Assembly: GCA_000388065.2 (NCBI GenBank)
Contig: KB932201.1
Strand: one strand, 5' to 3'
DNA from: Fonticula alba ATCC 38817
Lineage: Eukaryota > Protista > Nucleariida
Length of the DNA: 64,000 nt
Shown here: one piece after another, positions 1 through 11,299 of the stretch
How the letters are laid out: each line of letters begins with the position of its first letter
Position numbering within the stretch: position 1 is the stretch's first letter
The notes under the pieces: model-generated
Seen by the model: the letters and a program-made list of their open reading frames with translations, nothing else
Told to the model about the DNA's origin: nothing
Database searches by the model: none
Translations under genes and position numbers: made by a program

Positions 1-29
1 CGGATCCCAATGTTCGCGGGCCCCATCGC

Positions 30-486
30 GTGGCTCCCCTGCATGAGGCCGCCGAGCGGGGCCAATTTGCTGCCGTGGCCTTGCTTCTGGTCTTCGGGGC
101 AGATGTTCACGCCCGGACCGACCGCCAGCAAACGCCGCTGGATCTCCTGTCGCGAGATCGCATGTCCGCCGGGGACTTCCGTCGGACTAGCCGGCTGCTG
201 GAGGCCCAGGCCCGGCACTCACCGGCCGGGGCGGTGTCCACCCCCCCAGCTGGGCGTCTTGGGCCCGGACGGCTGAATAGCGCCGGATTCGCGCACATTT
301 CCCCCGACGCGGCCTCGGAGGTGTATTCCGTGGCACAGACCCTGTTAGATGGCAAGTTGCTCGGGCCCGAGGCGGTGACTCAGCCATCGAGAGCAGCCGA
401 TGTAACCAGCCCGGATATCGCGGGCGCCTCTGGGCCCGGCTCGCCGCGATCCTCGGTCCCAATGTCGCCAGTGGCGCCGAAGCCCA
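30..486 (+). CDS. Ankyrin-repeat-containing exon, 5'-partial (gene starts before the window); may belong to the same gene as the downstream RRM exon
   Basis: Translation APLHEAAERGQFAAVALLLVFGADVHARTDRQQTPLDL matches the ankyrin consensus (TPLH-AA-G...LL--GAD---D--G-TPL). A GTACGC donor at 487 is followed by a pyrimidine-rich intron-like tract. I could not find a phase-compatible join from that donor to the RRM exon. Confidence 0.7.
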
Positions 487-684
487 GTACGCACTGCTTG
501 CTGCCATCGCCCTTCCTGCTGCCATCGCCTCCCGAGCTTTCCCTGTGTGCACCTCCGCACATGTATCCCCCGCGCCCCCCCCCCCCCGCCTGCTGCTCGC
601 GGCTCCCTCCTTTGCATTCCCAGGCCTCTCACTGACATGCGATCCTCCTCTTCGGCACCTGGTGTTTGTCTGGCCCCGGGGCAG

Positions 685-2250
685 ATCGACACCATGCGCA
701 CGATGAAGCGCTTTTCCGTGACCCCCATGGGCCGCGCCACCAATGCCGCCTATGTCAACTTTGTCACCATCCAGAGTGCCATCCGGGCGGTCAACGACCA
801 GCTGACCATTGACGGGCTGGATGTGAAGGTGGTCTTCACAACGGCCCGAGCGGCGGCCGAAGCAACTGGCGGGCCACCCGCCGCGGCTTCGCGCTTCTCC
901 ACTCCGGCGCCAGCACCCGCGCCGGTGCCGACGCCGGTGCCGGCACCGGTGCCGACGCCAACGCCGGCGATCCCCCCCACGCCGGTGTCTGTGCCGGTGT
1001 CCGGGCCTCCTGCGGGGCCTCGATTGGCCGCCGTGCCGGCCTCCCAGGATGCCGGCAGTGACTCCGAGCCGGAGCCCGGGCAAATTTCCATGGACGAGGA
1101 CCCCTTCCCGGCCGGCGGCCCGGGGGCCGAGTCGTCTGCCGGCAAGACGCCCGCCTCGCAAGCGGCCGAGACTTCCTCCGGCTCGCAATCCCAGCCCCAG
1201 GGCGGCCCGGTTGGCGATGATCTCGACAAGGCACTTCCTCGAAGCAGCGGGTCTACGGCCGATGTCCCGATGGCGGCGACCTCTCAGCAGCCTGGTGCCT
1301 CGGTCGGGCCAGCGGCGCCGGCAGCNNNNNNNNNNNNNNNNNNNNNNNNNNNNNNTCGAAGCAGCGGGTCTACGGCCGATGTCCCGATGGCGGCGACCTC
1401 TCAGCAGCCTGGTGCCTCGGTCGGGCCAGCGGCGCCGGCAGCGGCGACCGCAGCGGCCATGGTCGCCGCGGCGGCCACCCCTGCCTCGCCTTATCCGCTG
1501 GATGTTGGCCGAGCGGCCTTCTTCCTGGCGCCGATCCCGGCCTCGGTCAGCATGTACCCCCTGCGCGAGTGCTTGCGAAACTTTGGCCCGGTGGAGGAGC
1601 TCTTCTACACGCAGGGCCACCACTTCGCCTATGTGGTATATGCACCGGAGGCCGAGCTCCTGAAGACCGAGCGGGCATTGGCTTCCCTGTCTCTTGGCGA
1701 GGAGCCCGTATATAGTGTGCGCCTGGGCAGCATATACGAGTTCCTCCCTCGGTCCGGGCATCGAAACACCCTGGTCATTGACCAGGTCCCGCTTGGGGTG
1801 ACGCGCGAAATGATCGTCGACACGCTGAAGCCCCTGGCCGCGGGGATCAGCCACCTGCTCCTGCACCATGCTCTGCCGCCCGGGCCGGGGGCCTGGCCGC
1901 GTGGGGCTCCTCGAGGGGAGTCTCGGTCTGGGGCGCCGCACCAGTTTGCCCTGCTGGCTTTCGTGTCCGATCGCGAGGCCAAGGCCGCAGCCGAGCTCCT
2001 CGCTCGACAGTATCAGGCCTGGTTTCCCCAAGGGGCGGCCGGGCCTGGGGCCGGGCCTGGCCCTGGTGCCAGCGGCGCCAGCGGGGCATTTGGCCCCGGC
2101 AGCCTGCTTCCCCTGTCAGCCGGATCGCGTATCTATCGGTTGACGCACCTGGGCGAGGAGAATGACACTCCGGGCGCGGTCAAGGCCCGAGTGCAGCGCC
2201 TCTTTGCCGATGTGCAGCCCAGCCGAAGCATCTTCATCAGTGGCCTTGCG
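685..2250 (+). CDS. Multi-RRM RNA-binding protein exon (3-4 RRM-like units); 3' end lost in the gap at 2425-2434
   Basis: RNP1-like AAYVNFVTIQSAIRAV; full RRM AFFLAPIP...LRECLRNFGPVEELFYTQGHHFAYVVY; RRM-like NTLVIDQVPLGVTREMIVDTL...FALLAF; start of another unit SRSIFISGLA, then a GTATGT donor at 2251. Contains the gap 1326-1355 with a duplicated flank. Confidence 0.7.
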
Positions 2251-2434
2251 GTATGTCTTGCTCTTGCCTTCTCCCTCATGCTTTTCGTCACCTCCTTCAG
2301 CCCCTGACACGCATATATGTACACACGCGCACACGCGCACACGCGCACACGCACACACACACACACGCACACACGCACACGCACACGCACACGCACACGC
2401 ACACGCACACGCACACGCACACACNNNNNNNNNN

Positions 2435-3307
2435 CGCCGGCCAGGATTTGCTTGCGCCGGGTCCGAGTTACTCGGCCCTGGAGCATGCCCTCCGGGAGGT
2501 AGATCCGTCCAGCCTCCCCGGGAGCCGGGCCCGAGGGGGTTGAGGCCGAGGTGGAGGCCTTGTCCACGGTCAGGGGATCGGCCACGGCCATGGCCGCTTG
2601 CACGGCGGCCGCGGCCGCCGCATACAGCCCGGAATCCAGGGCCACAGCCACCGGATCGACATCGGTCCCGAAGACCGACACGTAGCCGGAGTAATCGCGA
2701 TCGGATGGCGAGGCGCCCAGCGCCATTCCAAAGCCGGGCCCCAGGTCACCCTCGCCGGGGGCCGATGCCACGGACGAGCGCGAGGAGCTGGCACTGGGGC
2801 CGGGCTTGTTTGGCTCGGGATCGGCTTCCTCGTCGTCGGCCGCTTGGCAGGGAGCCAGGAGGGCGGCCGCCCTCTTCAAAGTCCCGGACATGCGCTCCAC
2901 GAGTGTCAAGTCCAGGGGAACGCTGTAGGTGATGTCCTCGAAGACCAGCACCGAGCCCGGGCGCGAGGTGGCAGCCGTGTCTGCCCGACGTGCGGGAGGC
3001 GCGAGAGGGGGATGGGTGAGATGCAAGCAGCGAGAGAGAGAGAGAGCGAAGTGAGAGCAGGAGGGAAAGGGGGGGGGGGCGCGCCAGCGGAGGAGCGATC
3101 TTGCGCACCGGAGGAGTCAAATAGCTCGTTGATGATCTGATCCGGCAGGCTGGCCGGATCCACATCATCCTCGAGGGCGGTCGGATCGGGTGTCTGGGCG
3201 GGCGACGGGCCCGGAGGATCCGGCAGAGTGTCAGACGCCGCGGAATCCGCAGCCTGGGGAGGCTGCCCCAGGCTGGCGGCGGGAGGCAAATCAATGTCGG
3301 TAGTCAT
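2435..3307 (-). CDS. Probable ABCG-type ABC transporter, N-terminal part only (exons 3307-3109 and 2980-<2435); truncated by the gap
   Basis: Phase-1 intron 3108-2981 (GTGCGC...GCAG). SVLVFEDITYSVP...RKQILAG resembles the ABCG pre-Walker-A strands (L-F-D/N-I-Y-V...K-IL-GVSG) with a low-complexity insert between them. Walker A itself is not visible. Confidence 0.5.
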
Positions 3308-5003
3308 TGCTTCGGCTGAGAAGCAGTTAGCCGGCTGGTCCCTGAGGGATGTCCGCGGTGGGGACGCGATCTGGCAGGCAGGGAGGGAGGGGGGGGGGGA
3401 GGCGGATGGGCAGGGCCAGGAGTGCGAGGGGCGCACGGGAACGGTGTGGTACCGGCATCCAGGAGCGGCACCCCTCGGCGTGCTGGCGGAAATAACGGCG
3501 CCGAGAAAGTGCAGGTCGGTGCGTGAGTTTGGAGGATGGGGAAGGGGGGGGGGGGCAAGGACAGACGGTGGGGAGGCGCAAAGAAAGGGCATCCACCCGC
3601 AGGCGGGTCCCCAGGTGGGGGAGGCATCCTGGCAGTGAGCCGCCCAAGATGCGAGGCAGGGCTCCCAGCACCCAGCAAGCAGGGCATGGATCCGCCCAGG
3701 CAGGGATCTCCCACCCTGCCGTCCTCGGATGCCTGTTGCCTGCCGCCAACAAAAGGGGGTAGACCATGCCGTCCCCAGGGCAGGGTCCGCGGCCAGGCTC
3801 ACGCGTCCGGCCGCCAAGGAGGGAGTGCCCACGCATCCGGCAATCAGCCCCCCGTTTCAAGATAGAAGGCCCTCGCCGGAGTTGGATCAGCCGGCGGGAA
3901 CATCACGCCGGCCTTTCCCGCCACCGGAGCGGCGGCACTCGGATAACGCTGCCCACGCATGATCCCGGTCCCGGGTCGCTCGTTTTTTTCTCATGCCTCC
4001 GCCTCTCGTGGCGGTAGACGGCCCGCGCGAACTTCCCCCCCTGGCTTTCGCGGCACGGTCGCCCGCGGGCCGGGGAAGGGAGCGCTTCCACCACCGCGGC
4101 ACATGCTCGGCGCTGCCTCGGGGCGCGGGGCGCGCGCGACCCGGGTCATGCTTGATAAGTCTTTCCTTGTCCTTCATTGTGTTCCTCGCCGTCTCTCCCC
4201 CCCTCTCTCTCTCTCTCTAGCCCTCGTCTCACGCTTTCCTGCGGGCTCCTGATTTCCCGTCCCCCTTTTGGTTGGTGCTCCTCGCATGGACTTTTGCGCG
4301 CCGGTCGCCACACGCACGCATGCACGCACGCACACCGAGTTTCACAGTTTGCCGACGCTTGGCGTGGGGTTTCCTCCGTTCGGCGCCACAGGGGGCATGT
4401 CCTCGTCCATACTCTCTCTCTCTCTCTCGCTCCATCTGAGGCTCAGTCTCTTTCTCAAGGGCCGGCGTGCCGGCCCGGCGTTGGCCCGGCCGCCGCCTCG
4501 GACACACCTTCCCGGCCTCCGGAATGCCTTCCTCCCCCCGTTTTCCCTCGCCACTTTCCCTTTCCCCACACGCGTTCCCGTTCTGCTCTTTTCCTCCTCC
4601 TCTGCCCCGTCTCTGTCTCGCGCTTTTCCCCGGAACTCGCTGTTCCCCATCCCTCCCCTGGCTCCGGCTCTCCCCCTGCCTTCCCCCCCCCCTCTCTCCC
4701 TCTTTCCACGGCGTCTCCTCCTTCCCCTCCGCCCCCCGTTCCTTGGTGAGCGTACGTCCTCCTCTTTTGACCCCTCTTCCCTCCATTGTCTAGACCTCTC
4801 CCTCCTCCCTCCTCCCTATTCCCTGCTTCCTACTCCCTATTCCCTGCTTCCTACTCCCTACTCCCTCCTCCCTCCTCCCTCCTCCCCACTTCCTACTCCC
4901 TCCTCCCTCCTCCCTCCCCCCGCTCCCTGTTCCCTGGTCCTTGGCCCTTTTCGGCGGTTTCCCTCACCCCTCCCCTGTTCTCAGTATCTACATCACCCGC
5001 CAC

Positions 5004-8000
5004 ATGATCCCCGGGGGAGGCTCCTCTTCCGCCGGTGGGGGCGGCAGCGATGGGCCCGGTAGCCCGGTGCCCGGGGGGTCTCCTGGCTCCGCCGCGGCCG
5101 CCGCACGCGGTCTTCACCACACCTCCGCCTCACCATCGACACTTCCAGCTTCGGCGGCACACCTGTTCCCCGGGTCACCGCCCGGGCCCCTACACCATTT
5201 GGCCGGTTTCGGGACACCTGGCGGGCCCGTTCCCGGGCATCTGCCCCCGGGGCTCGGCGCACCGCCCCCTCATCCGGCGACCCCCTTTGCCGGAGGCACG
5301 ATGCTGATGGGCGGCTCCGGCCCGGCCGGCGCCCCGGCCACAGTCACCTCTGGTAGTCCGCCCTCTGGCGCCGCGGGCGGCCCCACCCGGCATGTGTTCA
5401 TCACCAGCCTGCCGGACATGCCTCGAGTTGAGCTTCAAAAGTACCTCGAGCGTTATGGCAAGGTGCGGCTCCCCCCCCCNNNNNNNNNNNNNNNNNNNNN
5501 NNNNNNNNNNNNNNNNNNNNNNNNNNNNNNNNNNNNNNNNNNNNNNNNNNNNNNNNNNNNNNNNNNNNNNNNNNNNNNNNNNNNNNNNNNNNNNNNNNNN
5601 NNNNNNNNNNNNNNNNNNNNNNNNNNNNNNNNNNNNNNNNNNNNNNNNNNNNNNNNNNNNNNNNNNNNNNNNNNNNNNNNNNNNNNNNNNNNNNNNNNNN
5701 NNNNNNNNNNNNNNNNNNNNNNNNNNNNNNNNNNNNNNNNNNNNNNNNNNNNNNNNNNNNNNNNNNNNNNNNNNNNNNNNNNNNNNNNNNNNNNNNNNNN
5801 NNNNNNNNNNNNNNNNNNNNNNNNNNNNNNNNNNNNNNNNNNNNNNNNNNNNNNNNNNNNNNNNNNNNNNNNNNNNNNNNNNNNNNNNNNNNNNNNNNNN
5901 NNNNNNNNNNNNNNNNNNNNNNNNNNNNNNNNNNNNNNNNNNNNNNNNNNNNNNNNNNNNNNNNNNNNNNNNNNNNNNNNNNNNNNNNNNNNNNNNNNNN
6001 NNNNNNNNNNNNNNNNNNNNNNNNNNNNNNNNNNNNNNNNNNNNNNNNNNNNNNNNNNNNNNNNNNNNNNNNNNNNNNNNNNNNNNNNNNNNNNNNNNNN
6101 NNNNNNNNNNNNNNNNNNNNNNNNNNNNNNNNNNNNNNNNNNNNNNNNNNNNNNNNNNNNNNNNNNNNNNNNNNNNNNNNNNNNNNNNNTGCTGTCATTC
6201 CCTCCCTCAACCGCCCTCTGACCATCCCCTTTCCTTCGTGCCACCCTCCCTTCCTGGCCATTTCTGCATTCCCCCCCCCCCCCCTGCCATGGTAGTCGCG
6301 TTGGATTTGGCTCAAAGGGCGGCACGCCGACCTCTAATCTGTGGGTCGGCTCCGTCTATGAGACGGTCTCCTATGAGCTGCTCCGGTCGGTCTTCTCGCA
6401 ATATGGCCAAGTGTTGGATTCGAATATCCTACGCAGCTCCACATGTGCTTTTGTGCGCATGGGCAGCATTGCCGAGGCTACTCGGGCCATGGAGGCCCTG
6501 CGCGGACGTAGCCTGGACGGCAACCCAAGCCACATCATGCGCATCGAGTATGCGGATTCCAAGTCCAGCCGGTGCGCCCCCTCTCTCTTTTTCTCTCTCC
6601 CTCCCTCCCTCGCTCCCTCCCTCCCTCCTCACCGCCATGTGTACATCATGCATCTCCATGTGCTTCTGGTCTGCTTTCTTCTCCCCGGCTTCCCGCACTC
6701 AGGGAGGATGACGCCTTGGCTCGGGCGGCGACCGGCAGCTCGCCCGGCAGCCCTGGGCTGACAACCGGCCCTTCGCCACTCACCTCCTCGGCCTCCTCGT
6801 CATCCTTGCTGACGCCTACCGCCTCGCCGGCCCTGGGATCGGCCTTGGGTGGTCCGCCCGGCAGCGGCACAGCCGCCTCGGCTGCCCCGCTGCTCTCCGG
6901 CGGCGGGCAATCGCCCTTCTCGGGAGACGTTTCCCCCGGTGGCGGTAGTGGCGGCGTCCCTCCGGTGGTGTCGCTGGACTTGCGCTTCCACCCGGACAGC
7001 AGCCACGGCGGTGGGGACCCTTCCTCCTCACCTGGGCTGGCTGATGCGGATATCGACTCGGATGTCGGGCGCTTGGCACATGGCGGCCCGGGCATGGCGC
7101 CCCAAGCCCAGGGGGCCGGGGCACATCATTCGCTCCAGCCGGCCATCGGTCATGGATTGCACCACCACCATGGGCACGGGGGGGGGCCCCACTCGCTGGG
7201 GGGCCATCCGGGCGGCGGACCTCCCGGGGTTCCACCCCCGCCCCCACCCCACCCGCTCCAGCATTTGGCCCATCAGCAACCGGCTCCGGGCATGGTGCCC
7301 TTCCACCATCTGCCGCTGGCCGGGCGGTACCCGGCACCGGGCGCCGCCGGGCCGATCCCCATGGTTCCGACTCCGCCTGGTGGGCCGCCTTACGGGCGCC
7401 TCGGAGCACACCTGGGTGCCCCGATGGCCGGGCACCTGGCCATGTCCCGCATGTACCCGCACGGGGTCTTCCCACGAATGCCCCCGGCCGGAGTGGGCCT
7501 GCCGCCCGGGCTCGGGGGCCCATACTTCCCCCCTGCCGGGACCGCTGATCCCTCCGGGGTGGGTCTGCCCCCTGGGATGGGTGGTCCGGCGGCAGCGGCG
7601 GCAGCGGCAGCGGCAGCAGCGGCGGCAGCGGCGGCAGCGGCGGCGGCCGCCGCCGCAAGCAAGGGGCCCAGCACATTGGCTCCCTCGCCCAGCGGGGGGC
7701 TGGCCCCGGCTGGCGGGTCATCCTCACCCCCGCCGCCACTCGGTGCCCGGGGGCTGTCCTCCTCCTCGTCCTCTTCCTCCTCCTCGTCCTCCTCCTCGTC
7801 CTCGTCCTCCTCCTCCTCGACCACCACCGCCCCCGCCAGCGGCAGTGCCCCTTCGTCCGCCTCCACCGGCCGGGGGTTCTCCTCGCTGAGTGCCATCTCC
7901 TGGACCAGTGGCGATCGCTCACGCTCGGCCTCGCCCGACTCCGGGAGCGGCGGTAGCGGCACCTGGCAGCGCGATCGCGAGGACACCCTCTCCGATCGAT

Positions 8001-10624
8001 ATGGCCGGACCAGCCGCTACGAGCGTTATGTCCAGCGGTCGACCTCGCGCGAACGCTCCGCCAGTCCCCCCTCCTCGGCATCTTCTTCCTCGTCTGCGCT
8101 CTCCGTGCCTTCGACGGCCGGATCCGGCCCCGGGGCTACCACCTCTGGCCGGTATGTGCCCTCGCGTAGCCGGTACGAGCGAAGCCCCTCGCCTGAGCCT
8201 GCCGAGCAGGAGGATATGCTTTCGCCGGCGTGGGATCCGGTGTCGCCAGGCGGAAGCAGCAACCCCGGCCTCGAGGGCGGGGTAGATGCCTTGGCGTGGG
8301 CCGGTCCGGGGGCCGCCTTCCCCGGTGCGGGGGCTGGGCTGCCAGTTCCTGGGCCCTTTGTCCCCGGGCCCGGGGCCGGGCACCTGGGTATTCTCCCGGG
8401 CGATCCGGGGCTTGTTGGTGGCTTGCCCGGCTTCCATGTTGATGCTTATGGCCCGGCGGCAGCAGCGGCGGCAGCCGTGGCGGCGGCACAGCACGCGGCA
8501 GCGGTGCAGCACGCGGCGGCAGCGGCAGCGGCAGCGGCAGCGGCCGCAGCAGCCGGCGGATCCGACCACCACCATGCGCTGGCGCACTTGCATCCGCACG
8601 GCCTCCCCCCGGGCGGGCACCCTCATGGAATGCCTCCAGCACATCTGCTGTCACACTTGCATCCGCATGGCCTGCCCCCGGGGCACCATCATCCCATGTC
8701 TCCGGGGCACCTGCTGGCCGGGCATCCGCTGACGCACGGTCTGCCGCCTGGGCTGCCCTTGACCCATGGCCTGCCGCCTGGGCATTCGCTGGTCATGGGC
8801 GGCCCGGCCGGACCTGTGCCAATCAGCCGCGACCCTACGGAGCCAGGGCCCCGGCGGGAGGACGCGCGGTCGCGTGAGCGCGATCGCACTGACCGCGATC
8901 GCGACCGGGCTGACCGCGATCGTGGCGACCGCGGGGACCGTGGAGATCGCGACCGCGGGGACCGGGACCGCGGCGGGGATCGTGGCGATCGCGACCGAGA
9001 GCGCGACCGGGACCGAGATCGTGACTTGCGCGACCGGGACCGGGATCGGGACCGTGACCGTGACCGGGAGCGTGGTACCTCGCGTCACGACCGTGACCGC
9101 GGGGACCGGGACCGGGACCGGGATCGGGACCGGGATCGCCTCGATCGGGATCGCCTCGATCGGGACCGGGATCGCGCTGATCGGGACCGCTTCGACCGGG
9201 ACCGCTTCGACCGGGAGCGCGACCGCGGTGATCGTGGCGATCGCTATGACAGGGACCGCTTCGACCGGGACCGTGGCATTGCCACCACCGGGGGCAGGTA
9301 CGACCGGCATGAGCGCTTCGACCGGGACCGCGACCGCATGGACCGGCCGCTTGCCGTGGACGCCAAAGGCCCCGAGCGCGAGCCCCTGCGGAGTGTCCTC
9401 GCACCGAGCCTCACCGCCGGGGTCCTCCCTCTGTCCAGGACGGACCGTGACCGTGACCGCGAGCGCGAGCGCGAGCGCGAGCGCGAACGCGAACGCGAGC
9501 GCGAGCGAGACCGGGATCGGGATCGGGATCCGCGCGAGCAGCAGGATCGGGATACTCCGACTGAGTCGCTGCCGGGATTGCCCCCGGTCGGTGGGCTCCC
9601 TGCCTCGGTGGCGGCGCCCGTCCCGTCGGAAGCCAGCCTGGACCAACTGCCAGAAGGGCTGCCGGCCATCAAACGCGAGGCGCCGTCTCACATGGCCCCG
9701 GCTGGCAGCCCGCCGGAGACCGCCTCCACCGGGGGGGTGGTCACGTCTGTGGCCCCGGCCCCGGCCCCGGCCCCGGCCCCGGCGGTGGTTGTTCCCTCGA
9801 CCTTCTCCCTGTCCCTCTCGCTGTCCAAGGCGCCGGAGCCGGTGGCTGTGCCTCGGGCCCCGTTGGCGGCTCCTTCTCCGGCCGCCGGGCGCCGGCGCGG
9901 GCTCCTCTCTGGTGTCGATGTACAAATGGCCTCTTCACACTCGGTGCTTGGTCGGCCGCGACGCCGGTCGGCGACCGTCGCCACGGTCGATGCCCCTCCT
10001 CCCGATGCCATCCTCGAGGGCGTTCTCAGTCTGGCCTCCCTGGACTTGCCCATCCAGTGCCAGCTCCTGGCTGCCGGGGGCCTCTGCACCGATGATGTGC
10101 CGCTGGCCTCGGCCATCGAGCAGGATCTCGGTGGTGGTAGCGGTGGCTCGGCCGGGCGTCTGTGCATCCGCGAACGTTGCGACACCTCGGCCATCCATGA
10201 CAACTTCAAAAACATGCTTCTGCATGACCCGGCTGTGTCGGTGTGGCTGGTGTCCCCGGCCGCCGGGGACGATGGCCGTGCGCCGACCCTCTTCCAGCGA
10301 AATCTGGTCCGGTACCTGGCCAGCCGGTCGTCGCTCGGGGTGGCCCGGCGCGGGCTGGCCGGCTCGCCGTCGGCCGCTGCCGCCGCTTCCTCCTCCTCCT
10401 CCTCCTCCTCTGGCCGCCCAGACGGCGACCTCCTGGCCCTCGGGGCGGTGTATTACTTCCTGCCCCCGCTGCGAGAGGAGCTGGGGCTCTTTGAGCACTT
10501 TGCCCCGGATCACAGCCTCCTGAAGCCGTGGCTGGCGGCAGACACGCCACCGCCGGCTGGCTTCCTGCCCAACTGCCTGCTGATGGTGGTGCAGCCCGTA
10601 CGCGTGGAGCACTTCCGCGCTTGA
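5004..10624 (+). CDS. Spen/RBM15(Nito)/FPA-family protein: N-terminal RRMs, long low-complexity middle, C-terminal SPOC domain. Exons 5004-5462, [710-N gap], 6296-6571, 6703-10624
   Basis: RVGFGSKGGTPTSNLWVG...LRGRSLDGNPSHIMRIEYAD aligns with RBM15 RRM3 (IGYGKATPTTRLWVG...MRGFPLGGPDRRLRVDFAD). The C-terminal LEGVLSL..LPIQCQLL / RLCIRER / FQRNLVRYLASRSSLGV / YFLPP / CLLMVV matches SPOC (WQGML.L / LKITQR / LRNLVSYLKQKQAAGV / AFPP / YLVMII). The phase-2 intron 6572-6702 keeps the frame. Confidence 0.85.
5480..6189. other. Assembly gap (710 N) inside the Spen-like gene. Other gaps: 1326-1355, 2425-2434, 12660-12694, 13571-13580, 19180-19189, 40703-40712, 55784-55876, 62782-63086
   Basis: N runs. 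The rest of RRM1 and probably RRM2 of the Spen-like protein should lie in this gap. Confidence 0.98.
8872..9552 (+). repeat. Arg-Asp/Arg-Glu dipeptide coding repeats (GACCGC/GACCGG/GAGCGC) in the Spen-like gene
   Basis: About 200 aa of (RD)n, (RE)n and RGD/RFD units seen directly. Confidence 0.95.
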
Positions 10625-10631
10625 TGACCAA

Positions 10632-10672
<41 letters not shown>

Positions 10673-11299
10673 CCCCCCCCCCCCCCCTCATGCGCGCCAC
10701 TGACCCCCCCCCCCCCCCCTTCGCCTGCGAGCCGGAGAGTGGCTGCTGCCTGTCCTTGTTTTTCTTCCCCCTGCTCTCTCCCCTCCTCTCGGGGTCTTTT
10801 CTTTTTGCCATCCTTCCTCCATTTGTCACTCCGCGCCTGGCCGTGCATGCTCTCCGTCTCTCCTTCTCTCATCTCCCTGTATGTCCTTGTAATTATGTGC
10901 GCCCCTGCAAGCGCGCGCCTTCTCCCTACTACGGGCAAGAGCCCCGACTACGCTGCCCCCCGCTGTGTATGTTTGTGTGTATGTCTGCATCCTCCAATAC
11001 AGCCCCATTCCTTGTGTATCCCCCCCCCCCCCCTCGCGATGATCGCGCGTTCCCTCTCCCTCTCTTGCCCTTTCCCGACTCAGGTAGCACTGCGCCCGGA
11101 GAATGTTTCAAGATGGTGGCACTTTTGCCATCCCCTCTCAGGGGGCACAGTGGAGGAGGAGGAGGAGAAGGTTGGAGGAGGGACCCTCGCCTGAGAATAT
11201 CGACCCCACAGCCGAAAGCGACCCTCATGCTTATGTGTGCATGTCTGTGTCTGTGTGTTGTGTATAGGGGGGTGCTCGAGGACACCGGGAGTACACCGG

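Noticed and set aside
1239-1442. 87-bp tandem duplication flanking the N-gap 1326-1355
   Set aside because: Identical copies on both sides of a gap indicate overlapping contig ends, not biology.
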